A DNA stretch of 64,000 nt from contig JBHGNT010000016.1 in the NCBI GenBank assembly GCA_043228905.1, positions 8,246,001 through 8,310,000 on the forward strand, written 5' to 3'. A model generated the notes under the pieces. That model made no database searches. It was given only the letters and a program-made list of their open reading frames with translations, and was not told where the DNA came from. Of the stretch, positions 28,201 through 40,765 are shown one piece after another (the stretch's first letter is position 1; every line of letters begins with the position of its first letter). Position numbers and translations under genes: made by a program. The stretch is from Azolla caroliniana (lineage: Eukaryota; Plantae; Polypodiophyta).

Positions 28201-29826
28201 ATATTGTTGCTTTGTAGACTTCAAGAAAGCTTTTGATATGGTACCTCGTGAGCATCTTTGGAGGCGAATGGAAGAACTTGAGGTGCCAAGTGAATATATG
28301 CTTGCAATTTCCCGAATTTATGAGAAGGTTATATGTTGTGTGCGCATGAGAGATAAACTTTCAGATTTTTTCAAAAGCACTATTGGTGTTAAGCAAGGAT
28401 GCCCACTGTCACCAACACTATTTGGTCTATGCATTGATGAATTGGAAGAAATGGTTACCAAATTTGCAAAGGAAAAATGTGTTGAAGAAGTTGCCATTGG
28501 GAATGTTGTGATTATGCTTTTGCTATATGCAGATGATGTAGTGCTTTTTGCAAATACTTTAGGAGATGCACAAAAGCTTATGAAGGCATTGGAAAAATTT
28601 TGCATGCATACTAAATTAAGTGTCAATAGCTCTAAAACAAAGATTATGCTTGTGAAGAGCCAAAAAAGAGATAAACCATGCATTATGTACAACAATGAGC
28701 CACTTGAATGTGTGGAAAGCTTCAAATATCTTGGCCTTGAAGTTCCTTCAAATCATAGATGGAATGAATGTGCTACACGCTGCTTAGAGGCGGGCAAGCG
28801 ATCATACTATGCATTTGAGAACACATGCAATCTTCGAGATATTAAGTGTTGGGTCCTCAAGAAATATCTTTTCGACTCTTTGGTGACACCGGTTCTTTTC
28901 TATGGGGTGGAAGTATGGGGCGGTAGCATCCCTAAATCTATGTGGAAAGAGTTTGAGAATGTCCAAAAGCATTTTCTTACCAAGTTTCTACAAGTTAAGA
29001 AACAAACGCCCTACACCCTCCTCCTCCTTGAGACGGGATCGCTTCCCATTGAGATCATGGCCATGGAAAGGGTTGTTGAATACATGCTTAAGGTTCAAAA
29101 AAGTCCCTCACATCGACTTCCTAGAATTGTGTGGGAAGCAAGCAAAAAGATCCAAAAGACACATAAAAGCAAAATTTTGTGTTCCGGTTGGATGCAAGAT
29201 ATAGAAAAATGGTTTGGTAGATGGGATGCAAGACACTTGCTTCATGATGCATCATTAGATTCCTCTGTAAATGAGGAATTTTTGCAACGCCAATGTATCA
29301 TGACATGGGACAAATGTGGAGGCTCACGCTTCACACATTATACTACACATGTTGCACCTAACTACAAAACCATATTCTTTGCAGAACGGGGAAATCGTAC
29401 ACATCCATACATGTTAGAGCCCATACCGTTATCTTCCATTCGAACCATTGCTTCCATGCGACTTAGCTCACATGCATTGCGATGTGAAACAGGGCGTTGG
29501 GGTACAAGTGATGAGAGTGGTCGGCTATGCACACTTTGCCCTAAACAAATTCGTGAGTCTGAGTATCACACTTTGATACAATGCTCTGCCTTTGATCATA
29601 TTCGACCATGCTTTCCACATCTCTTCGATCGAGCCCAATCTTTGCATGAATTCCTCTCACAACCACAATGTGCACTCTCGATTGCAACATTCATTGGTAA
29701 AGTTCTTGAACATCGAGAGTCACTACTCACTTTCACATGTATCACGTGAAATGTAATATTTTTTGGTCTCATAGGTCATATTTGACCTCCGAAAACGATA
29801 ATATAATCTATCTATCTATCTCTCTC
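25203..29826 (+). mobile_element. Near full-length two-ORF LINE (RTEX/L2-like); ORF1 25501-26368, ORF2 26375-29749, (ATCT)n tail
   Basis: ORF1 is coiled coil plus ERRSKNIVVRGIKE..AHRVGK..RPIV..FVSEDRT, with one frameshift at ~26220. ORF2 has APE (WNCNG, VETW, GDMNAR, IDY, SDH), RT (FVDFKKAFD, GVKQGCPLSP, YADD) and C-terminal RLSSH.LRCETGRW..C..C..E.E.H...C, with two in-frame stops (27185, 27923). The 5' boundary lies in a (CT)n run and is approximate. Confidence 0.9.
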
Positions 29827-31354
29827 CTTGGTCTGAGACCCCCGTGGTCCCGCCCCTTTCTACACGCATGCGCGTAATAACGCGACACCGTGTCAAGCAC
29901 CCCATCTGTGAACGAAAGAGGAAAGGCGCCCATGATGGTTGCTACATTCAACTTGCGGTAATCAACACAGACCCTCATTTGAAGATTTTTCTTCGGGACG
30001 AAGACAATAGGACTTAACCATGTTGTCTGTTTAACTGGCTGAATGAACCCTACTCGAAGGAGTTTGTCGATTTCTTCCTTTACTTTGGCCACGTAATTGG
30101 GATTCATGCGGTAGCGGCGTTGCTGTATTGGTCATGCATCATGCTGAAGATGAATTTGGTGCTGATAGTATTGGGGATCTAACCCCTTCATGTCGTTATA
30201 CGACCAACTAAACACATATTGGTATTTCGTGAGTAGCCCCACCAAGCCTGATCGTTCGTCAAAAACCAGTTCCTTTGTGATTTTTAGGGTACGTGGCTTG
30301 GTGGAGGAGCCGAGATTGATTTCCTCTAGTGTGGACGCCTTCACTCGTTGAGAAATTGCCAATTCTTGGTCGAGTGCATCACGAGTAGGTCATAATTCCT
30401 CGATGGACGTTGGATCAGGTTCTTGATGGACCTCGTTTTCCTTAGTGGCCGACTCCGATACGTAAGGTTTGACAACCGTGAGGACATTGGTTTCAAATAA
30501 GGACATCAGATGGTCCTTAAGGAAGTGGTCAACTTCTTCATCAGTGAGTCCATCGCGCATGTGGACTCCTTTTGCATATAACAGAATAGTGTCTTAAGGT
30601 GTAGCGATCCGTTCCTCCGTGATGAGACGGATCTTGGTTTTGCTCCGCCGGAACAAGATCATATTCCTTTGCAAGTGCTGCTTAATGTTAGTCGTGCACA
30701 ACCACAGACAACCAAACAGTATTGGGTACGCATCGGGAGCATCGAGGCATAACAACACTGCTGAGATTGTGAAGGTGTGGCCTCTGAGGATAAAATCTAT
30801 GTGTCGAATTAACCCCATTGGTTGAACCGAGCGGGTATCCTCCATTTGAAGCCAAAACGGACATGGCTCCCATTGGGTGATGCCGAGGTCGTGACATTGT
30901 TAATCGGCTAATTACTAACTACTACCGATACAGAAGAGTGAACGTCGCTACTCAACGTTCGAACAAGGAATTGTGTTTTACGAACGGAATATACTATATT
31001 AATCGGTAATTACCGTGATCGTTACTTAGTTATAAATTAGGAAGATTGCACTTAACAACATAGACAATAGAAAGAACACAGAATCCGTACAGGATATTCC
31101 TAACTTAAACTTATATTACTAAATAAACGACCTTTCTTACAATGCCTTCGGTTCCCTTTTATAGGTATACCGAAGGTCTTTTCTCATCAAGAACTATTCC
31201 TACTTACTATCAAGAATTACAAAATTATCTAACTAACTTAGTTCTCTTCGTTCACTGCTGAGTCATCGATCCGAACAGTCGATCTGAACCGACTCCGTTT
31301 TCGACGCTTTCCACTTGTTCGGTAAAACTGACTTGTCCGGGTCCGGGTAACACT

Positions 31355-31394
31355 TGGCACGTCCGTGGGCCAGGACCTTGTCCAGCGAACCCAC
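31355..31394 (-). other. tRNA-Arg(UCU) 3'-end-like motif at the PPT position of gypsy-1
   Basis: Sense strand reads GTGGGTTCG-ctggacaaggtcctgg-CCCACGGACGTGCCA-ag-TGTTA(LTR). No purine tract is present. Confidence 0.8.
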
Positions 31395-31396
31395 GC

Positions 31397-33854
31397 CTAT
31401 TCTTCATCCGAATCGTTCAGAATATCAAAAATCGAAGGCTCTTCTGGCCTTGGATGTATTCCATCTATATCTTCCTCTTCATCTTCATCTTCATCTGTGT
31501 CACAGTCGTCAGTCGGAGCAGGTTTTGAATGTTGTGATTCGGTTGGCTGCTCTGGTTCACTTCTTCCGGGAGCTTGAAGACCAGGAGTCTTGCTGGTTCT
31601 TTCGGCTTCGATTTTATCCAACTGGACGGAAGTGCCTATATCATTTTTGTCGAATTCTTGCATAATACGTTGAATTTCTTCTCTGTAAAATGCCGCAATT
31701 TCGTTCATATCTTTCATGATATCCTCTTGGATATTGTCAATATCCTTTTGTGCCATTTTAAAAAAACCTGCACCTTGGACCTGACGGTTATTTTTGTCGG
31801 CACGCAATAACTGTAATTCCGCCGCTTGTGCCGTCCATAACTTCCATCCTTGCGCAAGGGATTCGTCGATCATTTTCTTTGCTAGGTTTCGATGTTTCCC
31901 TATGATGTGCTGCACTTTGTCCTTAGTGATGCTTGCGTCGAATTGAGCGACTTGCAACTCGTTCCGTAAATCCGTAATGGTGGCTCGGTTTTCACTTTCA
32001 GCCTGCATTAGTTTGGATTCGACTACATATATGTCCAGCCGCCTTTGTTCCGATATATTCCGGATTTCGTTCAGTTGTTGTTCGAATGCCGATTTCTCTT
32101 TGCTCCATTCCTCCTGCTGTTCCGTAATTCTTCTGTTGACTTCTTCAAGACTCCGCTCTTTTTCTGTCAATTGACTTTCCTGTGACACTATATACCTTTC
32201 GAATTCCTCAATTTGTTCGGTATATGTATGATTGGCCGTCTTAGCTTCTTCCAGATTTTTCTGTAATTCGTTTATTAATTGATTTTTTTCTTCGAGAACT
32301 ATGTATTGGCCATTCTGAATGGTTTCTATTTGTTTTTCTAATTCTGTAGTTCGAAATACAACATTGTTGGCCCTTGTTGTTTCTGCTTGACGTGCTTTCT
32401 CGGCGTCCTCCAATTTCTGCTGCCATTCTGACTCCGACGCCATAGGTCGTGCCTGTGTTTCCCATTTGTTTAGACTTTCTTTTAGTTCTTTATTTTCTGT
32501 CTGTATGTTACAAAACTGACGTTTCAGCACCTCCGCCGATGTTGATACACTTTTGTATCTTTCAGCCATATCACTGGCTGCTTTGCGTGCCTTTTCATAT
32601 TCTCTATGAATTTCGACCAGTGCTTCATGTAATGGTGGCATTTCAATAGCCTCCCCTCTATTCTGTGCATTTCTTTTCTGGCCGATTTTCTCTATCTCTG
32701 CTTTTTCTTGAGGTTCCAACACTCCTCGTAAGGACTTCTGTATCATTATTCGGTCCTGATGTTCTTGAGCCAGCCGTTCTGATACTTCTGTCAATCTTCT
32801 AGCCAACCATTCAACCAGTTCGTATGAAGTTCCGAACTGTAAAATGGCAGCTCATTCATGTGCTGCTGGTGGAATATCCAAACACCCATGTGCTTCCCGA
32901 ATTGCTACTTCTGAAGATTGTCCTTGTTGAAGTTGTGTCGAAACGCTCTCATTCCCTGGTTTTATTACTTCTGTTACTACAGGCGTATTCGAATTTTCCT
33001 TTGTGCGTTGCCTTTTCGGTGCTGACTCATCACTGTTTTCTGGTTGGAATTGCCGATTAGCCTTTTGTTTAACCCTTGTCCTTTGTGGCATCTTCTCCGC
33101 TTGTTGTCGATTTTCTGTCGACTGCTGCTTGTTTATCAAATGGTCAACTGTTTCTTGTTCAGCTGCTGGTTGCTTGTTTTCGGAATTCTCTGGTCTTGGT
33201 GGTTCCGACTGAGGCATTTCCGTTTGCATATTATCGGCATGTGCTGATTCTTCCTCTATCCATTCTTCATGTGCTACCTGTCGGTGTCTTCGAGGTGCTT
33301 GTACTATCGGTGGTCTTCTTGACTGAACAGGAGTTTCCGATTCTTGAATCGGAAACAATACCGATAGCCAACTACCAAAAATTTGCTTCATTGGTTTTCC
33401 TGTTTTTACCCCTTGTAGCTGCTCTCTCAGAGCTTCCCCCGACAATAGTGGCCAGTTGAAATCCTCTTTTTCGTATGCGGCTATGATAAACCCAGCCCTT
33501 TTTTTCGGCATACAATAAAAACGGGGACTGACATCCCACCTCTAGTAAAAATCTAGCCACTTCATGGAAAAACTCATCCCGACCTCCATAAGTCTGATAT
33601 GCTTTTGCCGAGGGTGAGTATTCTCCGAAATACGATTGGAGTACTTCTGATGAAGGTTTTTTAACTGCATCAAAGCCTCCTCTTGGCATCTGTAATGCAT
33701 TTCGTATTTTCTTTGTGGTGACCTTGGTGATGTCTAATTTTTGTACCAATTCTTCCGCCTGCGGATGAGGTTCCGCTTCTGCTACTTTGATGAAACCTTG
33801 TAAGTTTCTCTCATGAAGCCACAATCGCAGTTCTTCAGACACAGGAATCGGCAT
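31397..33854 (-). CDS. gypsy-1 extra 3' ORF (disrupted): globular N-terminal domain, low-complexity linker, long coiled coil, conserved C-terminal domain
   Basis: Sense-strand ORF pieces 33372-34133, 32852-33511 and 31397-32806. The C-terminal WTAQAAELQLLRAD..NR...G.GFFKM is homologous to the gypsy-2 extra ORF. Confidence 0.75.
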
Positions 33855-34259
33855 GACTTCTGTGTTTGCTTGTTCTGAATCACTTGTCGATGACGGTTGG
33901 AGATCTGCACAGCTTCTGTAGCGATGAAAATCAGAAAAACAGAGTTTGGGCGAGCTAGGGCACGAAGGCTCAGAATGTTTCAAGATCTGCACTCGTTTCT
34001 GTTGCTTTGGCGACACAGAAGATACAGAAATATGCTTTAAAGATATTAACTTATGCATTATGACTAAAGAATAGTAATTGCTATTAATGTAGGAATTAAT
34101 TAGTATTAACTCTACGTGTAGTGGTTGTACCACTTACTAATAATAATGCAATTCCTCTTCCTATTTATAGTCGATTCAGACTGTTATGGCAAGATTCTAT
34201 TTCTGCATTGACAAGAACTATTGAGTGAGTTAGTTAGTTTTTTTATTTTTTTTATTTTT

Positions 34260-37200
34260 TTATTCTTCCGTTTGAATAAACGGGTTTACCGGCATATCTC
34301 CCAAATACGGTTTAAGCCGGAATCCATTTACCCATTTCGGTAAAACCTCTCCGGTTAATGATCCCAGCTGATACGTACCATTTTTACTATTAATTATCCA
34401 TACTGGACCTGTCCATCTATACCGGAGTTTCCCAGGCATAAGTCCCATTTTCGTCTGGAATACCAATACCGGTTTCCCAATTTCGAATTGCTCTTCCGAT
34501 TTCCTTCGATGTCGATTTACGAATGCCTTGATTTGTCTCTGCTTGTGTTCTAGTGCTGACATTGATTGAATCCGTTCTTCTTCTAATACTAATAAAGCCT
34601 CTTTGCGTATCTGCTCCGATTTATTTCATTTAACTTATTCGTCGCTTGGATACGAAGTGTCGGAATTTGAAATTCGATCGGCATAACAGCGTCAAGTCCG
34701 AATGCCATTCGGAAAGGTGTTGATTTAATGGATGTTTTGTACGAAGTATGATATGCCCATAATGCACTATTTAACTTTTGATCCCAATCAGTACGATTTT
34801 CATTCACTATCTTCTTTAAAATTGTTTGAATTGTTTTATTTGTCGATTCTGCCAATCCATTAGCTTGGGGATAGTAAGGCGTACTTTCTTATGAACTACG
34901 GCATAATAATTGGTTAATTCATGAATTAACTTGTTAATAAAATGAGTGCCTTGATCGCTTACCAATTCTATTGGGCAACCGAATCGACACCATATATTTT
35001 CATACAGGAATTTTGCTGTGGATGCTGCTGTATTGTCTCTGAGAGCTTTTGCTTCAACCCATTTTGTGCAATAGTCAGTCGCAATTATGATATATCGATT
35101 ACCGGTTCTTGCAGTTGCTGGTTTGAATGGGCCAACAAAATCTAAGCCCCATTTCTGAAATGGCTCAAGAGGTAAAACCGGTTGAAAAGGCATTCGATCC
35201 TTTTCGGTCGGTTGCCCCATTCTTTGACACAAATCGCATTTCTTACAGTATTCGTTAGCATCTTTCATCACCGTTGGCCACCATAACCCGCTATTCCATA
35301 TTTTTCTGGCTGTTGCTTCTCCTGCGTAATGACCGCCAGCAATTCCACAATGTGACTCTGTTAATATGGCTAATTTTTCAAATTTCCGTACTGCCCTTCG
35401 CCATATTCCATCCGCTCCTTTATGATACAACATGTCATTAAATAAACAAAAATTTCGACTTCGTACTGCAATCCTTTTTCTTTCATCTGTCGACATGTGT
35501 TCGGCCGGAATTCCTGTTGATAGAAATATCGTCATTTCGGAAATCCGTTCATCCTCTTTTTCCTCATTCATTTCTTGTGCTTTTACTGCCTCAACCCGAA
35601 ATAATTGAGTATCTGGAAAATCATCTTTAACACCAACCGATTCTTCTCCAGATTCAAGCCGACTAAGATAGTCAGCAATCGCGTGCTGTGCTCCTGGTCG
35701 ATGTATAATGTCGAATTCAAACTCTTGAAGCAATAACGTCCATCTGGCTAACTTGCCTGTCAATTCTTGTTTGGAAACTAGATACAGTAGAGCCGAATGA
35801 TCCACATGAAATGTAAATTTCTTACCCAAAAGGTAATGTCGAAATTTGTTCACACTATATATCATTCCCAAAGCTTCTCTTTCGGTTGTTGAATAGTTTC
35901 TTTCGGCCGACGAAAGTTTCCTACTGGCATAGTATACCGGCCTATACCAGTTTGGTTCGGATAATTGCATTAAAGCACTGCCTATGGCAATGTCCGACGC
36001 ATCGACGAAAACATGAAATGGTTTGTTCCAGTCCGGTGGTTGGACTACCGGAACCTTTGTAAGCATCTTCTCGAGACATTCGTATGCATCTTGTTCTATA
36101 CTTGTCCATATAAAAGGAACTTTGTGTACTGCTGTGTGTAACGGAATAGCAATGTCTGCTAGATATCTAATCATTCTACTGTGCCACCGAATTTGACCCA
36201 AAAATCTACTTAGAGCTTTAGCATTTGTCGGTGGTGTTGCCTCAATAATTTCTTTAACTTTGTCCGGGTCCACTGCAATCCCTTCTTGACTGACAATATG
36301 CCCAAGTAACGTACCACTCATTACTCCGAATGCGCATTTGGCTGGATTTAAGCTAAGACGCCCTTTTCGACATTTTTCTAAACATAGCCGTAAATGCTCA
36401 AAATGATCAGCTTTCCGACTATATACCGCAAAATCATCTAAAAACACCTGCATGAAAGCTGGAATATATTCCCCGAATATTTCCTGTATTACCCGCTGAA
36501 ATGTTGCTGGAGCTGTTTTTAAACCGAACATCATTACTACTGCCACAAAGACACCCCATTCTGTGACAAAAGCTGTCTTTTCCTGATCTTCCGGATTCAT
36601 CCGTACTTGGTTGTACCCACTGAACCCATCCAAGAAACTATAAATTTCATGTCCAGCTACTGCATCTAATATCCCATCTGTGAATGGTAACGGAAACGCA
36701 TCCGTAATTGTCGCTGCATTCAATTTTCTGTAATCCACACATACACGAATTTTCCCATTCTTTTTCGGAACTACTACTATCGGACTCAGCCATGTTGATT
36801 TTTTGACGGGTCGAATAAATCCTACTTTTAAGAGTTTATCGATTTCTTCTTTTACTTTGATAGCATAATTCGGATTCAACCTGTACCTGCGTTGTTGTAC
36901 TGGCTTTGCATCTTTATGCAAATTGATTTGATGTTGACAAAAAGCGGGATCCAGACCTTTCATATCGTCAAACGACCATGCAAAAACATCTTTATATTGT
37001 AATAGTAATGTTGTTAATGTCCGTTTGTCATTTTCCGCCAAATCTCTAGCAATCAAGACTGTTTTTCTTTCACCATCCTCTACTCCTGCCAAATTGATCT
37101 CCTCTAATGCTGAGGCTTGCACTCTCTGAGATACCTTCATTTCCTTATCTGTAGCTTCTTGTTGCATTCGTATTTCTTTCATTGTTTGCTCATCTATTGG

Positions 37201-39570
37201 CACTTCTTCGTGTGAGTCTACATATGGTGTTAATGCTTCCAAAATATCTACCTCAAATAGAGGGATGATTTTCTGATTATCATTAAAATACTGACTTTCT
37301 TCTTCCTCGTCCAATCCTTCCATCATATTAACTGCTTCTGCATGTACAGGTAAACTCTGTTTGCTTGTTGTCACTTTGTTGTGCGTCGGAATCCTGACCT
37401 TAGTTTTTCCTTTCCTAAATGTTAGCACATTTTGTTTCCAATTTTGTTTGATATTAGCTGTCTTTAACCATGGTCTCCCCAATAACAAGGGGTATGCTCC
37501 CTGTGCTTCTAACTGCAAAATTATTGCCGAAATCTGAAAACTGTGTCCCCCGATTATTACATCCAGTTGTCGAAGCAAACCAATCGGTCGTACCGTACTT
37601 GTATCTGCCATTCGTAACCAAAACGGACATGCTTCCCATTCCGTGATTCCTAGTTTTTCACATGTAGCTTTGTTAATCACATTAACTCCCGAGCCTCCAT
37701 CTATAATCACATTTCCGATTTCTTGCCCGTAAAGTATTACCTTAATCGACGGATTCTGTTCATCCATGATCGAAGGGTTATTACTTGGCTGATTGTAGTG
37801 TACTGTTATTTGTTCGGAACCTTTATATGCAATTAATACTGCCACTTTTTCTGTAAACCTTGGTACTAACTTAGGTAAGCCCGTAAGTGGCAATGACACT
37901 TGGCAATCAGCCAACAGTTTCCAAGTTTCTTCCTGTTCCTTATTCCCCAATGACTGTTGTACAACGATGTTCTGGTCAATGTTATTGTCTTGTAACATTC
38001 GATTCACATTACTTTGATTTGCTTCGTCAACCCATTCTTTTGCCGCCTTCCGAACTGCTTCCTGAATTTCCCATTCTGATTGTTTGCTTTTGTTGCGTGT
38101 CGTTACTTGCTGAACTTCCGGTATTACCATATTAACTGCTGGACCCTTTCCTTTAACTGGACATTGATTAGCATAATGGCCTAGTTGTCGACAAATATAA
38201 CAAGTGGGTACAAATGTTCCACCGGTCTCTCCATGAGCAAATTGGCCGTTATTAAATTGCTGCTCTTCATTACCACTCGGGTTTTGTTGGAATTGACGTG
38301 TAGCTTTTGGTTTGTAAAATTTCTTATTTTTATACCGATTCTGCCTAAATTGTTCGGTATTATCATTTGGTTGTGCTACATTTTGTGTTATCCCGAACTC
38401 CTGATTTGGCGGAAAATTATTCTGTTGAAACATTTGATTATTTTGTGGAAAGGTTTGAGTATTATGTTGAAAGGTCATATTACCCGGTTGAAATGCCGGA
38501 TTCGGTTGAAATGCAGAATTCGGTTGCACATTCGGACAGTTCTGTTGAATCCCTTGAAATGGTGGGTTACCTTGTTGGAAACTTTGATTATTTTGTTGAA
38601 AATATTGATTCGGATTCTGTACGAATTGTGGGTTGGATTGAGCAAAACCTGGTTGAAATGCTTGAGTCACTTGAGTGGGTTGCATATTTTGTTGTGAAAA
38701 GATCTGATTTGGCTGTAGAACCGGATTTGGTTGAAAAGTTGAATTTTGTTGTACATTTTGCTGATTTTGTGAAAAATTATTATTTTGATAACCATTGAAC
38801 AGATTAGTGTTATTTTGGTAACCAGTGTCGGTAAAAATTTGTCGTACTGACGCCGTAGTTTTATTCAGCAGATTATATTCACATTGTTCTACTGAATGTA
38901 ATTTTGAATGACATATTGTACAATGTGTTCTTAACGTACATTCAATTGCCGAATGCCCCGTATTTAAACAAGTGGTGCATTGAACTGCTTGACGAAATTG
39001 TAACTCCTCCATTGTTGGTAATGTACGTTGTAATGCCGACATGTCCATAGTCTGAACATTGACCGGCGGTCGACCCATTTCTATTGCTTTATCAATTACT
39101 TGTTCGATAGTCTGATTTCGAAAATCGAACACTTTCAATGTCATCCTTAATGGTTCTTTTACAGCTTCTAGAAAGACTTCTTTTAATTCATTATCCGGAA
39201 TCGGCCTTGAAATCTGAAGCTGTAAGTTTTGAAATCGTATCACAAACTGAGATACTGTTTCATTTTTTTCTTGATATAACGCATAAAATTGCGCAATCAA
39301 ATCCTTCTGCGGAATTTGTCGATGAAATAATTGTAAAAATTTACTAGTTAACACTTCAAAGGATGGAAATCCTTGAAGACCGTTCTGCGCAAACCAATTG
39401 GCGGAATATCCGTCTAATGATAAGACGAACTCAACGATTTTTTACTTATCTTCGGCATCTGCCGACAATCGCTGAGCTCCATGGTTAATCTCCCATGTCG
39501 TTAAGAAATCCCTAACATGTGCTTCCGCATCTCTTCCTTCCCGGAACTTAGAATAAGTATAAGGCATATC
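34260..39570 (-). pseudogene. gypsy-1 gag-pol (main ORF 34816-39354; stop near 39441, frameshifts in integrase)
   Basis: CCHC knuckles, IIDGGSGVN (PR), LDGFSGYNQ and FLDDF (RT), VDASD..ERE..VDH (RH), H.GIAGGH..C..C, GLDFVGP, SDQG (IN), PGKLRYRWTGP. Confidence 0.93.
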
Positions 39571-39803
39571 GTCCCAAATGTTGTAAAACGATACCTCTTC
39601 CGTCTGTTTTTCGTCTGAAGGTAATTGATCGGATAAGTCAGGAAGTTTCGATCACTTTGTGCTTGATTCCGGCTGTTCTTGCGCAATGAACACTTCCTGC
39701 ACTGCCTTCGTAACTGACCTTGTACGATGGCGCTTACAACCGACCGGTGTCTCCTCTTCAGACAACATCCATTCGATTTGTTCTCTGCTTAATTGCAGAT
39801 GTA

Positions 39804-39816
39804 ACCGGGCGTGCCA
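39804..39816 (-). promoter_or_regulatory. Primer-binding site of gypsy-1, tRNA-Arg(UCU) type
   Basis: TGGCACGCCCGGT, 11 nt downstream of the 5' LTR end. Confidence 0.8.
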
Positions 39817-40765
39817 AATTTCTTCTGTGTTAATCGGCTAATTACTGACTACTACCGATACAGAAGAGTGAATGTCGCTACTCAACGTTCGAACAAGGAA
39901 TTGTGTTTTACGAACGGAATATACTATATTAATCGGTAATTACCGTGATCGTTACTTAGTTATAAATTAGGAAGATTGCACTTAACAACATAGACAATAG
40001 AAAGAACACAGAATCCGTACAGGATATTCCTAACTTAAACTTATATTACTAAATAAACGACCTTTCTTACAATGCCTTCGGTTCCCTTTTATAGGTATAC
40101 CGAAGGTCTTTTCTCATCAAGAACTATTCCTACTTACTATCAAGAATTACAAAATTATCTAACTAACTTAGTTCTCTTCGTTCACTGCTGAGTCATCGAT
40201 CCGAACAGTCGATCCGAACCGACTCCGTTTTCGACGCTTTCCACTTGTTCGGTAAAACTGACTTGTCCGGGTCCGGGTAACAGACATGCGGCCTCACTGA
40301 TGACATCGATATTGAAGCCCCCATCGACAACGCAACTGTGAACATCTCTCCTTTGATCACAAGCTTAACCGCGGGGTTTTGGGAGTCCATTAATGGTGGA
40401 CCGGTGCCCTGCTCGACTAGGTGTATTGGCAGGGTGGTTGGCTCTTTGCCAGTTGTTAGGGATGCCATTGCGTCCTTGAAACGTGGAAGTAATTGCAGAA
40501 ATTTATGCAAGGGCATGGAGATTTGGTAGCTTGTGAGGGCTTGCGAAACAGGGTCATCGTTTGGCGACCCAATAGGTTGAGAGGAGGCAGATGGACCTAT
40601 AGTGATATCTTATATCTCGGTATGCATTCTATCGGTGTTGGCGTGATTTACCATTTCTATCCATTGCTTGGCGGCTTACCGGACTTCGTCCTATATTTCC
40701 CATTGTGTTGTCTGGCCTTACTCTGGTTGGTGATTTGTCGGATGTTGACAGGAACTGCACGCTCC

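Larger units (their letters stand above)
30898..40282 (-). mobile_element. Full-length Ty3/gypsy LTR retrotransposon (gypsy-1), non-chromovirus, with extra 3' ORF
   Basis: 455-bp LTRs at 39828-40282 (5') and 30898-31352 (3'), TG...CA ends, ~3 mismatches seen. 5-bp TSD GACAT (30893-30897, 40283-40287). Order is gag-PR-RT-RH-IN. Confidence 0.97.
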
